Assembly (NCBI RefSeq): GCF_009914755.1
Contig: NC_060934.1
Direction: 5' to 3' (one strand)
Length of the DNA: 64,000 nucleotides
Source: the human T2T-CHM13v2.0 reference genome, Homo sapiens
How positions within the stretch are numbered: position 1 is the stretch's first letter; each line of letters opens with the position of its first letter. The notes beneath the pieces are model-generated. The model was not told where the DNA came from and made no database searches. It worked only from the letters and a program-made list of their open reading frames with translations. Of this stretch, positions 40,865-54,200 are shown in pieces. A program made the position numbers and the translations under genes.

Positions 40865-41040
40865 CAGCGGCTCTCAAACTTTAGAGTACGTTAGAATCTT
40901 CTGAAAGTGTACTAAAACTGATTGCTGGGGCCCACTCCCAGAGTTTCTCATTCAGTAGGTCTGGGGTGGGACCAGAATGTTTATTTCCAACAAATTCTCA
41001 AGTAATGCTGGAACTCGAGGATCGCCATGTGAGAACTGTT
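40865..41040. mobile_element. MER5A DNA transposon MITE
   Basis: cagcggctctcaaactt...ccagagtttctcattcagtaggtctggggtggg...tgagaactg. Confidence 0.85.
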
Positions 41041-41984
41041 AGAAACAAATAAAAAATAAGGCGGGCATGGTTTGAATGCAGCACTGAGCAAAGAATCTGC
41101 CTTCCTCATATATTTCAGCATATTTTCCACAGGGTCTCTGCCAGAAAGTAGGCAGTCCTCGTATGTCTCTGAAGTGGCCTCCAGGGTGAATTTCTGGGCA
41201 GGGGCTAAGTGGTGGACTTGGGTAAGTGGGATGACGTTATTGTCTGTATTTTAATTCATGGGGTTTTCCTTGGAGGGCTTTGCTGGAATTACAAACACCT
41301 GAAAACAAGCTTTTAACTGGAAATAGTGTCGTGGTACACCTGTGCAAATGGGCAATGCTAGCACCAAACTGGCTTGTGAAAAGCTAGACCAGGGAGACAT
41401 TTCTCAGCTCTGCTCTTAATAAGAATGATCTACTGTTCTGTTGGACATGAGTATTTTAAATAAGGCTGCAATTGATTCTTAACAGACAAGTTTGGGGAGC
41501 TCTACTTAAGGACGCAATCCGTTTTCCTTAGAACTATTCTTCACAGAGTTGCTAACGTTGCCCATATAGAGCTTCAGGGAGAAGGCCATTCACAGAAAGC
41601 CTCTGTCTGGGGCAGGTGACCCCCTTGCTGCCCACGCTGACCTCCTCTGCTGGGGCTTTCCCTGACGTGTGGCATAATTTCCTTGGTGGATGTGAATTGG
41701 CCCAGTGTGCCTCTCAGTTGTATAATCTTCATGCACAGTGTGATACATTCAATTATGATTTGTTTTTGTTCTGTCAATGCTGGTTTATTTTTTTCTGACT
41801 CTCATATTGTAAGGTAGTTTTAGGAGGGTGAGAAGTGAGAAGGTCCTCATACTGGTTTACATTGATTATTTAATTGCATTTACATTTTCCCTTAAAATTC
41901 ATTAGTGGACATAGAATTAATTAGTAGACATGCAATCAAGTCAAAAGATGACCCTGTGGTGAAATGCATCTTCTGAAAGTTCAA

Positions 41985-42140
41985 GTATTTGGTAGCACCT
42001 ACTATGGGCTACACACCATGCCATGTTATTTAATCCTCCCACAGCCAGTAAGAGAAGAATATTAGAGTCCCCATTTTACTGAGACTTAGAGCATTGACCT
42101 GTCTAAGCTCACGTGGCTAGCAAGTGCAGACGGGAATAAA
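41985..42140 (-). mobile_element. MIR
   Basis: agcacctactatg...tttaatcctc...ccccattttac...gctcacgtggctagcaagtg. Confidence 0.6.
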
Positions 42141-45114
42141 ATCTACCACAACATGCTGCTTCCCCCAAACCTGCTGTGATTAACACACAACCTTCATACA
42201 ATGTCAGAAAAAATGATGTCAGAAACTCTGACCATCATTCCTTTATCATACTTTCCAATGACAGAAACCTTTTTAATCCAAGACATAGTCTCCCTTTTCT
42301 AATGGGCAATCTTCGTTTTTCAAGTTGTTCTCGATCTCCCATGTAAAGTAAATGAGCTCTAGCTCTCTCCAGCTCCAGGAAGTCTTAGACTTTCAGTTGC
42401 CCATGACCCACCATGCCTGTGAGTCAGCCTAGTTAATCACACAATCATCATTGTGCGTGTTCCTGGGCTGGCTTCAGATGTAATCATGTCACATCATTGG
42501 GTCACAAAAGTGCTAGTGATCTAATCAAAAGTGACTTGCTATTACAAGTTATATCTTGATGCCATCATTTTGTCCGTATTCCACGTTGCTGGTATTTTCA
42601 GATCTCTAGGCTGTGGTTGCAATGCTTGTTTCAGTCCAGTGCAAAAAGTCATCAGCACATTAGTCCAATCTAGTGACACTTGTGCTTTGTTAGTAGTTAC
42701 CTTGGATAGGGTGAAGCACATCTCCCTTCTCTACTCCTTGGGCTTACTGAACAGTGGACTGTGTCTTGTGCTGTCATTTACCCAGTTTTTCCCTGACTCT
42801 AAGCCTTGGAGAAACAAAGCACCAGTTATGAGTCCTCTAGATAGTATTTGTATCAGGTCAAGCTACAGTACAAATTGTTATGAAAGGCATTAAAATTCCT
42901 TTCTAGAACTCTAGTGTTGCTATCATAAACACTATCTAAGCATGGAGGTCATCTTTATACAGATTGCATACTAACAGGAATTGACACACAGCACTTTTCA
43001 GTTAAAGCATGCTTGTGGGACTAGGCAGGTTACTTCTTTTTTTTTTTTTTTTTTTTTTGTCCCAACCTTGGTTTCCTCATTTGTCTAACAAGGGCCTTTT
43101 TCAGGACATACTGGCTGATTCTGTCTGAATTCTCAGCTGGTGACAATGCTATTGTGCTTACCTACATTGTCATGCTTTTTATGAAATAGCTCTGAGAAGA
43201 CTGTGAGGACCTGTCAGTTTCATTCAACTCCACAAGAAATATATGTTCTTAAAATGGCACACGAGTCATCCTAGGAGTGTGATGTGCAAAGTCAAAAGGT
43301 TTCCTTCTGTAATAATTTTGGACTCCTTTGGTTATGCTTGACTTGGCATCCCAGCATATTGAAAGAACATGGGTATTGCAGACTCTTCTCATAGACTTTA
43401 TCTTTTCTAATACAGATCCTCTGCACCGTACATACTTTAAATATTCTTTATCCACCAGTGAAGCTTAATTTCTACCCAAAGGACAATATATTATAACTTC
43501 ATCATCTCAGCTTTGTGTAAAAACTTCATTACCTCTAAAGGGACTTTATGAAACATATTCTTTCTACACAGAAGATAAAATGAGATGTGGAGGATTCATA
43601 AATTATTTGGGCATCAAACGATTCTGTATAAAAATTGCCAGTTAGCAGAGACAGAAATGTTGATGCCCTTTAGAAACAGTCTTCTAAAAAAGTCATTGGA
43701 AATATTCTGCGGTGGCCAACTTTCAGAAGAAATACCACAATTACTTTATGGTTATATTGAACAGGAACAGCCATTTTTCCATCTGGGGCCAAAATAAAGG
43801 GTAATTCTCCATCAAGCATGGCCCTAACAGCCTAGAAACATGCAAATACTAGGTAACTAGCTGGTGTGTTTGTATGCAACATGCAGATAGATGTGTGACC
43901 TAGATACATCTCTAAAATTAATTTAACGGCGCCGCACTGGGCCTGGCTAATACTCTAACAAGTTTTTTTTTCTTTAATGATGAGCATAAACCCTGAGGGC
44001 ATTGTGTTTGATAGAAGTGACAGCCCTGCAAGATGCAGGCTTCTCTAAGAGTGAGTGTGCTGACTCAGAAAAAAGAAGGACAGAGCCGAATGGTCAGGGA
44101 GTTGTCAGACAAATTAGTAACCTCCTAGATTAAAAGTTATGTAGCTAATCAGTGGTACAGGCATACTTTAACTGTGTCCCAAAGGAGGTGGTGACTTTTT
44201 AAAGATGTATTCCTTAAAAGAAAAGTCAGTAGAGGACCTAGAATCTGCATTGTGAAATGAGCCAATGTCTTCCTCCTTGGAATTCAAACTATGTCGAATA
44301 ATCTATTTCACCTGAATAAGGGAGTTTGGTTTATTTCTTCTTCTTTTTTTCCCCCACCTCAGCCTCTGTAAGATCCATCATGTTCCTGAAACCACACAGG
44401 GCATTTAAATCTTTGTCTTTCAAATACACTCTGAAATAAAATCGCAGATGTTTGTGTATTTCTGAGATATTGCATAATTAAGTCTGATATCAATGAGGGA
44501 ATTCAAACAAGCAATTCAGCAAGAAAGATAGGTATTTTATATCTGTTTGCCTGGAATTTTCTTTAAAGTAGCTTAAGTTACACTCAGGATTAATTAATCA
44601 TGTGGTTGATCGCTGCGATGTGTGGAGCTGAGGGGCATCCGTCCGATTTGGAAGGTACGTGCAGGAGATGTGATATAACCAGCCTGAAATAAGTATACCA
44701 AAAAGGACACACCTGAGTATCTCTAAATGGAGGGGCTGAGGAAATGAGACTTATCTAGTTTAGCAGTTCAATGTAAGCATCAGAGTCCTAACTGTTATCG
44801 ATAGCATCTACCAATTCAGGTATCATGGTACTTGAAGGGAATGTTGAGTTTGTGACGTATGAAGATGCTTAAAGGTTGCTCGAGATTCTGTTACAAACTC
44901 AGGAGTGAGTGCTCTAGGCATATCACCATATAGTAACTCCTCAGGAAGATGCTTAGTGATATGCTGCCATGCACTGGAGTTCAAACAGCAATGTAAGGTT
45001 GCTCTTCGCTGGGAAGAATGGGTGGATCTTTAGTATCCGGGAGGCTGCGTCTGAACTCCAGTTTTCTGTGCCTTGTCTCTGTTCTGTTCCTTCTGAGGAC
45101 CTTATGTTTGTTTT

Positions 45115-45685
45115 ATCACTTAGGGTGCATTGAGCTCCAAATAAGAGACAATTTGAGTAACAGTGGAATGAGCCATAAGGAATTTATAGTTCACTTAAAA
45201 AGACAACATGGCAGTGGGCAGTCCTGAGGTTGTTTTGATGTTTCAAAGGTGTTCCCCTACTTCTCGCCCTCAGTGGATTGGCTTTTATCCACCAATGTGT
45301 CCATCTCAGTCACAAGATGGCCACCACAGCTCTGGGCCTTACCTCCTCACATGACTGTGCAAAGCAAGAAGGCAGGGAAGGGGCGATCTTGCTTTCTCTT
45401 TAAAACCCTCTTGTCTTTCATCAGGAAAGGAAATCTTCAGAAGCCCACCTGCCCTTCAGCGTATCCTCTCTTAGCCTTCATGGGCTGAGACTGAGCCACA
45501 TACTTACCCTAGACCAATCAATCTTCTGGCAAGGGGGAATGGGATCTGCCTAGACCCTCTCTATTCAAAGTGTGATCCAAAGGAATTGTTTCCTGGGCTG
45601 AGCACACTGCAACTTGGGAAAATCAAGATTATGTTAGCAAGAAAGGTGGAAATGGCTTTAGGGTGGGCAACCATCAGTGTCTTTG
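45115..45685 (-). mobile_element. MLT1K/L-like LTR
   Basis: gtcacaagatggccaccacagct, tagaccaatca, ggcaagggggaatgggat, gggtgggcaaccatcagtgtct. Confidence 0.65.
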
Positions 45686-45974
45686 CAATCTTCAAATTCC
45701 TCATCACTTAGACTGGGATTGTCACCTGTTTTGGTGACCACTACTTTTCTCTCCAAAATGATCTGCAAAATACTGGCTGTTTATGGTACTGCTAACCCAG
45801 GGAATGGTTTTGATGTACTTGGGTGGCCCTGCAGCTCTCTCCCCTGTCTACTGGCACTTTGACCATTTCAGTATTCTCCCTGGGTGCTGAGACAAAGGGC
45901 ACGTGAGTCTTCCACTCCCTTTGGCAGGAAGCATCACTTTCTGAATAGAGTCCAAGCTGAAACTGGCCCCTCAC

Positions 45975-46495
45975 CATGACAGATGGAATATTAGGACAAA
46001 TATCCATGTCCTAATCCCAGGAACCTGGGAGAATGTATGGAGAATGTTAGCAGATATGGGAGAAGAGACTTTGCAAATGTGATTAAGGTAAGGATATGAG
46101 GATGGGAAGATTACCCTGGGTTATCCACTTGGGCCCTAAATGTGATCACAAGTGTCTTTGTGAGTGAAGCAGAGGAAGATTTGACTGACTACAGAGGAGG
46201 AGAAGGCAATGTGACAACAGAGGCAAAGACTGGAATGAGGACACCATGAGCCAAGAAATGTCATCAGCCACCAGAGAGGCTGCAGGATGGATTCTCCTCT
46301 GGAGTTTCTAGAAGGAACCAGAATCGATTTTCCTCTGGAGTTTCTAGAAGGAACAAGTCCTGCCAGCAACTTGATTTTAGCCATGTACCACTCATTTTGG
46401 ACCTCTGGCCTCCAGAGCTATAAAAGAACACATTTCTATTGTTTTATGCCACTAGGTTTGTGGTAATTTGTTACAGCAGCCACCAAGAAACGAAC
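45975..46495 (+). mobile_element. MLT1C/D-like LTR with internal 36-bp duplication
   Basis: atccatgtcctaatcccaggaacctg, gactttgcaaatgtgattaag, tgtggtaatttgttacagcagc. Confidence 0.85.
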
Positions 46496-47673
46496 GTGCC
46501 CATCTTGCAGCCCATGACATTCCCTGTTTGACAACTTTAAACCCAGCAACGTTATGTTTAATTATTTTAGTATAAATACAAATGACATTATAGATAGATT
46601 TTTTTTGACGAGACATTCAAAAACTGTTAGAATACAATCCCAGTTGGGTTAGGATAAGGTTTAGACTCCAGGAAGCTCACAGAGGCAGTTATCCTGTGCC
46701 ATCTTACTTGCAGGTCATTGGTTACCATTATAACCTTGCCCACCTGCAAGACATGGTAACGGGAGGGTGGGCCTGAGATTAGCACCCCTCCTCCCTCACA
46801 CACACACAGCTTCCCTTGACTTCAGCTGCTCATAGAATAGAAAGGAAGGAGCACAATTAGACAACCAACTTTACAGATGTTTTTCTGATTCCTTTCTACA
46901 GTGATTTGGGTAAATTGTACTTTGCTCCACCAAAACCATTTGACAGGACAATAAAGACAGAGAAAGATCAAGGTGCCAGCTCTGAGGAGACTAAACATGC
47001 CGCCAGAGTGAATAAAGGGCGGCCATTAGCAACCTTGAAGGGACGCTAGCTGACTTGGGGAAAGACTCAGAGAGGACGTGAAGGTCTCATGCAGAGCCGT
47101 GGCCATGGGCAGAGGCCACAACTCAGGCCAGCCCGGGGAAGGCCATAATTCTGCAGATGGGAAGGCCTGGCCTCCAACAAGGAGAAGAAGCCATTCCTGG
47201 CGTTGGCACATTTGTGCTGATGGAGGCTTTTAAAGAAGCTCTTTGGACAGTGTTCATCTCAGGCCATTTGGATAGAGATGGATGAGGGTCTGAACTGAGG
47301 GAGACTAATGTAAAGAATAATTGTTTTCACTGCTGGGAAGGAGGGGGAAGAAGCTGTCACAATCTTGCAAGCACAGCTTATTCTCAGAAATGTGCTCGCA
47401 GACCTGCCGTCTGCTCCTAAGCTCATGTTCTTCTAAATGGTGCTCATTGCAATGCAGCCACCTTCATGGCTCTTTCCACTGCTGGTGGGCCACCATGCTG
47501 CACAGCCATCTTTTCCATCTCCAGGTCTGCTGAGTACAGAGCCTGATCCCCTGGCCCTTGACTTCTTTTTTTGGAAATAAAGGAACATTCAGCACTCCCT
47601 CACTGGTACATCTGAGCCTTGTGGTGCAACCTTTTGCCAATGGCAAGGACTGATATATGAAGTTTAGAGTGGC

Positions 47674-47701
47674 TGTGTGTGTGTGTGTGTGTGTGTGTGT
47701 G
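47674..47701. repeat. (TG)14 microsatellite
   Basis: Direct read. Confidence 0.95.
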
Positions 47702-49379
47702 CACGTGCACACGTGCACTTTAATGTTCCCCTTATTTACATCGTCTTGGTGCTGCCCCTCTGAAAATAAAACACATCCTCAAGAAAACCACAGCTTGGCT
47801 CCTTATCTCAAAAGAAAGAAGCCCCAAGTTAAAATACAAAAAGAAATAATACAGAGTAATATTCAATTCTGGATTTTGAGGTTACAAAGGCCCAAAATAA
47901 ACAATAGCATAAGCAATAGGTTGAACAGAATATTTAGCCAAAGGCCACTTCTCTTAGGCATGGACAGAGACGATGATAGATGACCAGATGGAGGCAGGAG
48001 AATGTATGGAAGGGAGTCCAGGCCCTGCCCCCTTGCCCCTCTCCTTGGACCAAGACCAAAGGGGATACATATGTGTCCGTGCATGATGTGTGTGTGCATG
48101 GTATATGTGCACGTGCAAGTTGGGGTGTCTTAAGGTCTTGGCTATTGGAAGTAGCCTGTAGATTCTGCAAGCCCATGGCCAGTGAAGGACCCACCTGTCT
48201 CAACAGATACCAAAGGGGATAGAGGCTGATTATCAGAGCAAAACCATGCAGTGGCCATCACCAGAGATGCCACCATGGACAAAAGGTGGTGGAGAACAGG
48301 AAACACTTTCCCAAATGAAGTAGAGGCTCAACCCCCATCTCTGCCATCACCCTGCCCCGCAAGAATGTAGATGCGGCTTAGGGAAGAGGCGAGGGCTGAA
48401 ACGACTGGAAACCTTCAGGGAAACCTTCAAGTGGCTGAGTTTTCTTGACTTGCCTAATATTCTGCCACAGTTGGAGTGGAAGCTTGAGAAAAAAATAGGT
48501 TCAATTAGAGAATATTTTCTTTTCACACTTGGGTATGTGGATTGTGAAATATAGCCAATATGCCAAATTGACTCAGCCTGCCATGAACTAAAAATACACC
48601 TTCAGCTCTGGATTTCAGCTCATTGTTTGGAGGGATTTGGCTTGGCCATTTTATTTACTTCTACTTCCTTCTCTGTCATTCCCATTGGAGCTGATCTGAA
48701 CAGATGATGACTTCCTATGAATGGTCTCACTCATCCCACAGACTCATTGAATGTGGCTCATACATGACTAAAATTATTTATGATACAAATAAACACCATC
48801 CAAAAAGGACTACCACTTATTAAATACTTGCTATGGTGCGTTGTCCTAGTGATGTGATATGTAGAACCTTATTCAACTCAGTTCCCTCCACTCACCTGTG
48901 ATGTGGCTGCCATATTCTCCACCTACAGAGGAGGAAGCAGAGATTTGGTGCCTCCCCACGGATGTACTGGTCATACTGAATTGCCTCATCAAATAAACAA
49001 AGAAATACACTGAATACAAGATCTGTAAGAGACCTAAGAGTTAGAAGGCAGAAAATGCTGGCTCTAAATGGATTTAACCTTTGGCTATCACTTTCCCTGT
49101 GCCTCAGTGTCCTCCCTAAAAACATAGCCTTCAAATTGCTTTGGCAAAGGCAGAGAGCTGATGATGAAAGGGCACACGGGCAGCAGACCCTGGAGGGTGC
49201 AGGGACCACAGTAGTCGGTCCTGGACCACCATTCTTCCTGGAGAAAAGAGGGTCTGGGCTTATTCCCTGGCACTGACATCCTTGGCAGTCCTCAGATGGC
49301 ATAGAAGCCCAGAGTGCTGTGCTGAACCCACAGATTTGTCCAATCTGGGTCACTTAACCTGTGCCCTTTGAGGCACTGG

Positions 49380-49630
49380 AAGGTAGTGTGGCCCAGGAGC
49401 TGCACTCGTGACCTCTGGAGCCAAGTAGTCTGGGTTCATGTCCTGGACTGACCCTGGGCAAGTGATTTAGCCTCTCTGTGCTTCAGTTGCTTGATCTGCA
49501 AAACACAGATAATAGTGGTATCTACTTCAAGGCTTCTCTACAGTTGGAGATGAGCACATGAGTTACAGGCATAAAGTACTCAGGACAGGCCTGGCACATG
49601 GTGGTGCTGTGAAGACATTAGCTATCATCA
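49380..49630 (+). mobile_element. MIR
   Basis: ctctggagccaagtagtctgggttca...ctgggcaagtgatttagcctctctgtgcttcagtt. Confidence 0.8.
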
Positions 49631-49949
49631 TTATCCAAGCTGGGAAAGTTTCCCCAAGGATCCAGTTCATAGTCTAACTCCAAACCTAGTTTCCCCATTA
49701 CTCTGTGATGTCTGGTAGTGTAAGAAGGTCTCTTGAATAAAATGGGGCGTCTAATGCATCCCTGTTTTGCATCTTTGGAAATTGAGTATGGCAAGACCTC
49801 ATTTGCTCTGACAAAGCCCATGAGATAATTATTCAAGAGGCTTTGGAGAACTGAGGCATTTTCCTGGCAATCAATCCACCTTCCAGGCTAATGGAGCCAT
49901 GGCTGGTAAATGGTGTCATCTGCTTTAACAAGAAAGGCAGGGTGCCAAC

Positions 49950-50135
49950 TCAGTGAAGCACCTACTACCTGCCGGGCACGGTTCTACTCACCCTCCTGAC
50001 AACTCGGTGTGCAGAATCATTGGCCTCATTTGTATAAAGAAAGAAACAGAAACTTCAAAGGGGTTGAGTCACTCTCAAAGGCCACCTGCTGGTAAGTGGG
50101 GCTATATTCACACCCAGATCTGCCAGATGGCAAAG
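49950..50135 (-). mobile_element. MIR
   Basis: agcacctactacctgcc...agaaacagaaacttcaaaggggttgagtcactctcaaaggccac. Confidence 0.6.
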
Positions 50136-51589
50136 CGTCAGGCCTTCCTCTGACTCCACGGGTCTTTCTCCTTTCTCTGTCAGGGCTGCTTACGCCCCAG
50201 CCATTCCACACTCCACTGCCTGCCCCTCTTTCCAGCTCTATTCCTCCTTCATTGTTCAGGAGAGTCTCTCAGTTGTGCCTGGTGGTATTTGAGATCCCAC
50301 TGTTAGCCAGCTTCTTTTCTTCCCACTCCTGAGAAAGCCGCTTCAAAAAACTAACAGTCACTCACAATAGTGTATGCAAGTAGGTAAAATATTAGACTCC
50401 CCAGAGACATTCGATATGCCTCCACCCAGGGAACTGCCTCTCCAGGGGCTTGAATTCAGTCTGGTAGATGGCAGTGGAGAAAATGATTTTAAATGAGGCA
50501 TAATCAGTAAATAGCAGGTTCCAGGGCACTGAATAGTCTGATTGAATGGATGTCACATGGAAAATCATAAGCCCACAGATAGTCAAGTAATCTAGTATTC
50601 TACTATGCATCTTATTCTTTGACTACGAACCCAGAAATCCCAAAGAGGTGCTGTTTGCAAGAGAAAGAACCAGCCATGGCCCAAGTGCCACTGAGAGCTA
50701 ACTTTCCTAACTGTAGCCATTAAGGGATGCTGCGAGGGAAGGGGGTTGCAAGGGGAGGGGGTTTGCGGGGCGAGGGGCGAGGCGGGAGAGCATCTTTCCT
50801 TCAAATGAATCTTCCCTCACCCTGGTGGCCATTATTTGCACACACACATTTGAACCACCTGGTATAGTTCTCAGGGTGCCAGCAACTAGCTGTGTAATCA
50901 TAAATTAGGTACTTCTCAGCAACTAGCTATGTGATTAGGGATCAGTTTCATCTCCTCTCCTATCCTCCTCTGAAGGGGAGAGCTGGGGCCACTCTCAGTC
51001 CTGATACACTGTGATTCTTTGATTATAGCAAAGGGGGTTTATCCCCAGCAAGGAGAAGATTGTGACGTCACTCTTGTGGAAATGCAATCAGTCTACAGCG
51101 TTTGTTAGAGCCAGGCCTGCTTAGAAGAAATAGAATGCTCCATATCTATGTTCTTCCTATGACTCCCCAACCCCTGGGCGTAGTAAGAAGAGAAACTGAC
51201 GTTTATTGCAAACCTAGTATATCCCAGACCCTGTTCGCATCCACCATCATAATCTCAGAAAAAGTGCTTGATCATCTTGTCCGCCATAGGATGGGTGGCA
51301 GAGAAAGTTCCTTGAGTTGCTTTTACCTGGGGTTGGCTCATTTGCAACCCATTTGCAACCCATTTGCTCAGATTTTGCCCTCCTTGACTCTGCACCCAGT
51401 CCTCTGCCCTGTCTGCCAAAATGCAGCCGGTCTTTTAGGATCCCCTCAAAGGCCCCATGATGCATGTCCTGACAACATCCCCGTGGCCATCGCTTTGGTT
51501 CTTTGGTCTGTGCTTTTGTGATTTGGTTTAAACACTCACGTCCTGATGAGCTCTGGCTGAAGTCTCATCCCTCACTGGAGAAAGCAGAG

Positions 51590-51775
51590 TGCAGGCTGGA
51601 GCCCAGCAGGCTAGTGCAGACCCCTGTTCTACCACTTCCTGGCGCCGATAAATTGGGGAAGTCACTTAACCTCAGAAAGGCTCTTTGTAAAATTAGGATA
51701 TAAAATTAGGAGATAGTAGTTTCTTGTGATGGTTTCGGTGATGATGTTCTGAGATAATGCCAGTAATGCTTAAGC
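51590..51775 (+). mobile_element. MIR
   Basis: ctggagcccag...ttggggaagtcacttaacctc...tgtaaaattaggata. Confidence 0.6.
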
Positions 51776-52099
51776 CTTAAAAATGATTCTTATCCTTCAG
51801 CATCTTTCATCCTGGTGCCACTTAACCAGGGATCCTGCAACCAGCACAGCCTAGCGCATAGTAGGTGCACCGGTATTGTTTAGCGTGAATGAAAGAGTGA
51901 GCTGGCGCACCCAAATAAGAATGCAGGGAGACTGAAGGCAGGGAATATTCAGGGAAATAATCCTTTCCCCCTTTCTTTAGTCCTGATCTGACTTTAAACT
52001 TGGCTTGAGGAATTCCTACAACTGAGTTTTATTGACCTGGATGTTGCCTGCATTTCTAGTTTGCTTCACACCATATGGGATTCAAAGCGAGTTTTGTAA

Positions 52100-53000
52100 A
52101 TTCATTAATTCCTTCACCCTTGCGTTCTTGGAATACTAAGTTTCTGCTACCTGCCAAGTCCTTTTCTAGGCACTAAGGACATAAGCAGTGAACAAAATAG
52201 ACAAAAATTCATTTATTCATGGAGTTTACATTCTAATGGAAAGAGATAATATAAGTAACTAAATAATATAGTGTAATGAAAGGTAAGTGCCATGAGGAGG
52301 AAAAGCAGAGGAGGGTGGGGATGGCTGGTGGTCAGGAAGGGACTCACAGAGACAGTGACTTGTATGGTTTGGCTCTGTGTCCCCACCCAAATCTCATCTC
52401 GAATTATAATCCCCACGTGTTGAGGGAGGGAGGGGATTGGATCATGGGGGTGGTTTCCCCCATGCTGTTCTCATGATAGTGAGTGAGTCCTCACCAAATC
52501 TGATGGTTTTATAAAGCAGTTTTCCCTGCTCTTGCTGGCTGTCTCTCACCTGCCACCAAGTATAATAAGGCGTGCCTACTTCCCCTTTTGCCATGATTGT
52601 AAGTTTCCTGAGGCCTCCCCAGCCATGTGGAACTGTGAGTCAATTAAACCTCTTTTCTTTATAAATTACCCAGTCTCAGGTATGTCTTTATAGTGTGTGA
52701 AAATGAACTAATATAGTGACATTTAAACAAAAACGGAAAGAGGTGAGGAAACAAAGCTTGCCTTCATCTGGAAGAACGTTCAGAAGGAGAGCCAGAAGAC
52801 AAGGCAACCGGTACAAAGGCCCTGGGGTTACTGTATGCCTGGCTTGCTGGAGTCTACTGTGCCCAAAGCCCAGTAAATAAGGGGAGGGCATGACGGCCAA
52901 GCAGAGCTTTGTGGGCCTTGGGGCCACTTTGCACTTAACTTTTGACTGTGAGTGAGGTGGGACCATTGAAAGGTTTGGAAGATAGCAGTTGTATCATCTG
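52100..53000 (-). mobile_element. L2 3' region interrupted by THE1D
   Basis: ctaggcactaaggacataagcagtgaacaaaatagac...atggagtttacattcta, resuming gtgacatttaaac after the LTR. Confidence 0.7.
52360..52715 (+). mobile_element. THE1D-like solo LTR
   Basis: tatggtttggctctgtgtccccacccaaatctcatctcgaatt...ctaatata; TSD gtgac at 52355-52359 and 52716-52720. Confidence 0.92.
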
Positions 53001-53339
53001 ACTTGCTCGCCACTGTACCTGTGATATTTGGGATAAAGATATCAATAAGTTGGTCTTACTATACCCTCAATCAAATAGTATAAAACAGCCTCAAAAACTT
53101 ACATTAAAAACATTATCTAGAATAAAAGTACCAAATACCTTTGCTGAAAAAAATGGTGTGGAGATGGTAATGTCAGTACCAATTTTCTTTTATAACTTTT
53201 AATGGCTGTAATTTAACAGTAATTCTTTCATATCACCAATACAAAGTACTCGAAATTTGCACTAAATATTCTATGCCCATAGCATATAAAACAGTTCTCA
53301 TGATCTTCATTACTGTCCATTTTTAAATCTCATTTTATG

Positions 53340-54200
53340 CAACTATCTGAAATGTTTTACACTTTACTAAAGTATAGCATAGAGAGAGAAAAGCATGCCA
53401 ATAGTTAGGGTACAGCTAGATGAAATTTCTCTTTAGCCAGGACCAGAGCAAGAATCACAGCATTTCGGCCTCCCCAGAGCAACCCTGTGACTTCTTCCTC
53501 CTTGTCTGCCTCCCACCCAAGGGTAACTGCTTTCTTGACCTCTATCTCCATAGTCTAAACTGGCTTACTTGTAAACTTCATGTAAATGGATGATGACATA
53601 TTTTCTCTTTCCTGTCTGACTTCTTTTGCTCAACGTTATGTTTGTGAGATTCACCTATGTTGTGGCGAGTAGTGGTTTGTTCTCTCTGCTGTGTCATCGT
53701 GTGGAAGGACTATAGTGTGTGTATTAGTCCGTTCCCACACTGCTAATAAAGACATACTTGAGACTGGGTGATTTATAAAGGAAAGAGATTTAATTGACTC
53801 ACAGTTTAGCATGGCTGGGGAGGTCTCAGGAAACTTACAATCAGAGCAGAAGGGGAAGCAAACATGTCCTTCACATGGCAGCAGCAAGGAGAAGTGCAGA
53901 GCAAAGGAGGGGAAAAGCCCCTTATAAAACCGTCAGATCTGGTGAGCATTCACTCACTGGCACGAGAACAGCATGGCGGAAACCGTCCCCATGATTCAGT
54001 TACCTCCCACTAGGTCCCTCCCATGACATGTGGGGATTATGGGAACTACAATTCAAGATGAGATGTGGGTGGGGACAGCAAAACCATTATCAGTGTGTAT
54101 CCATTCTGTTGTTAATGGGCTCTGTTGAACGCTCTCGAATAGTGCTGCCATAAGCATCCTTACACAGGTCTTCGGGGGACCGTGCACACATTTCCAAGTG
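53340..54200 (-). mobile_element. Old L1M (L1ME-like) interrupted by THE1
   Basis: ttcatgtaaatgga...gtctgacttcttttgctcaacgttatgtttgtgagattcacctatgttg; resumes tatccattctgttgttaatgg. Confidence 0.65.
53720..54092 (-). mobile_element. THE1C-like solo LTR
   Basis: tgtattagtccgtt...aattgactcacagt...aaccattatca; TSD gtgtg at 53715-53719 and 54093-54097. Confidence 0.92.

Noticed and set aside
48892-49353. 153-aa minus-strand ORF and other 100-140 aa ORFs in 47-63 kb
   Set aside because: No family resemblance or supporting splice structure; such lengths are expected by chance in GC-richer DNA with alternative starts allowed.
50081-50093. CTCF-like motif CCAGCAGGTGGC on the minus strand
   Set aside because: Core match only, with poor flanks and inside a decayed MIR; not supportable without ChIP data.
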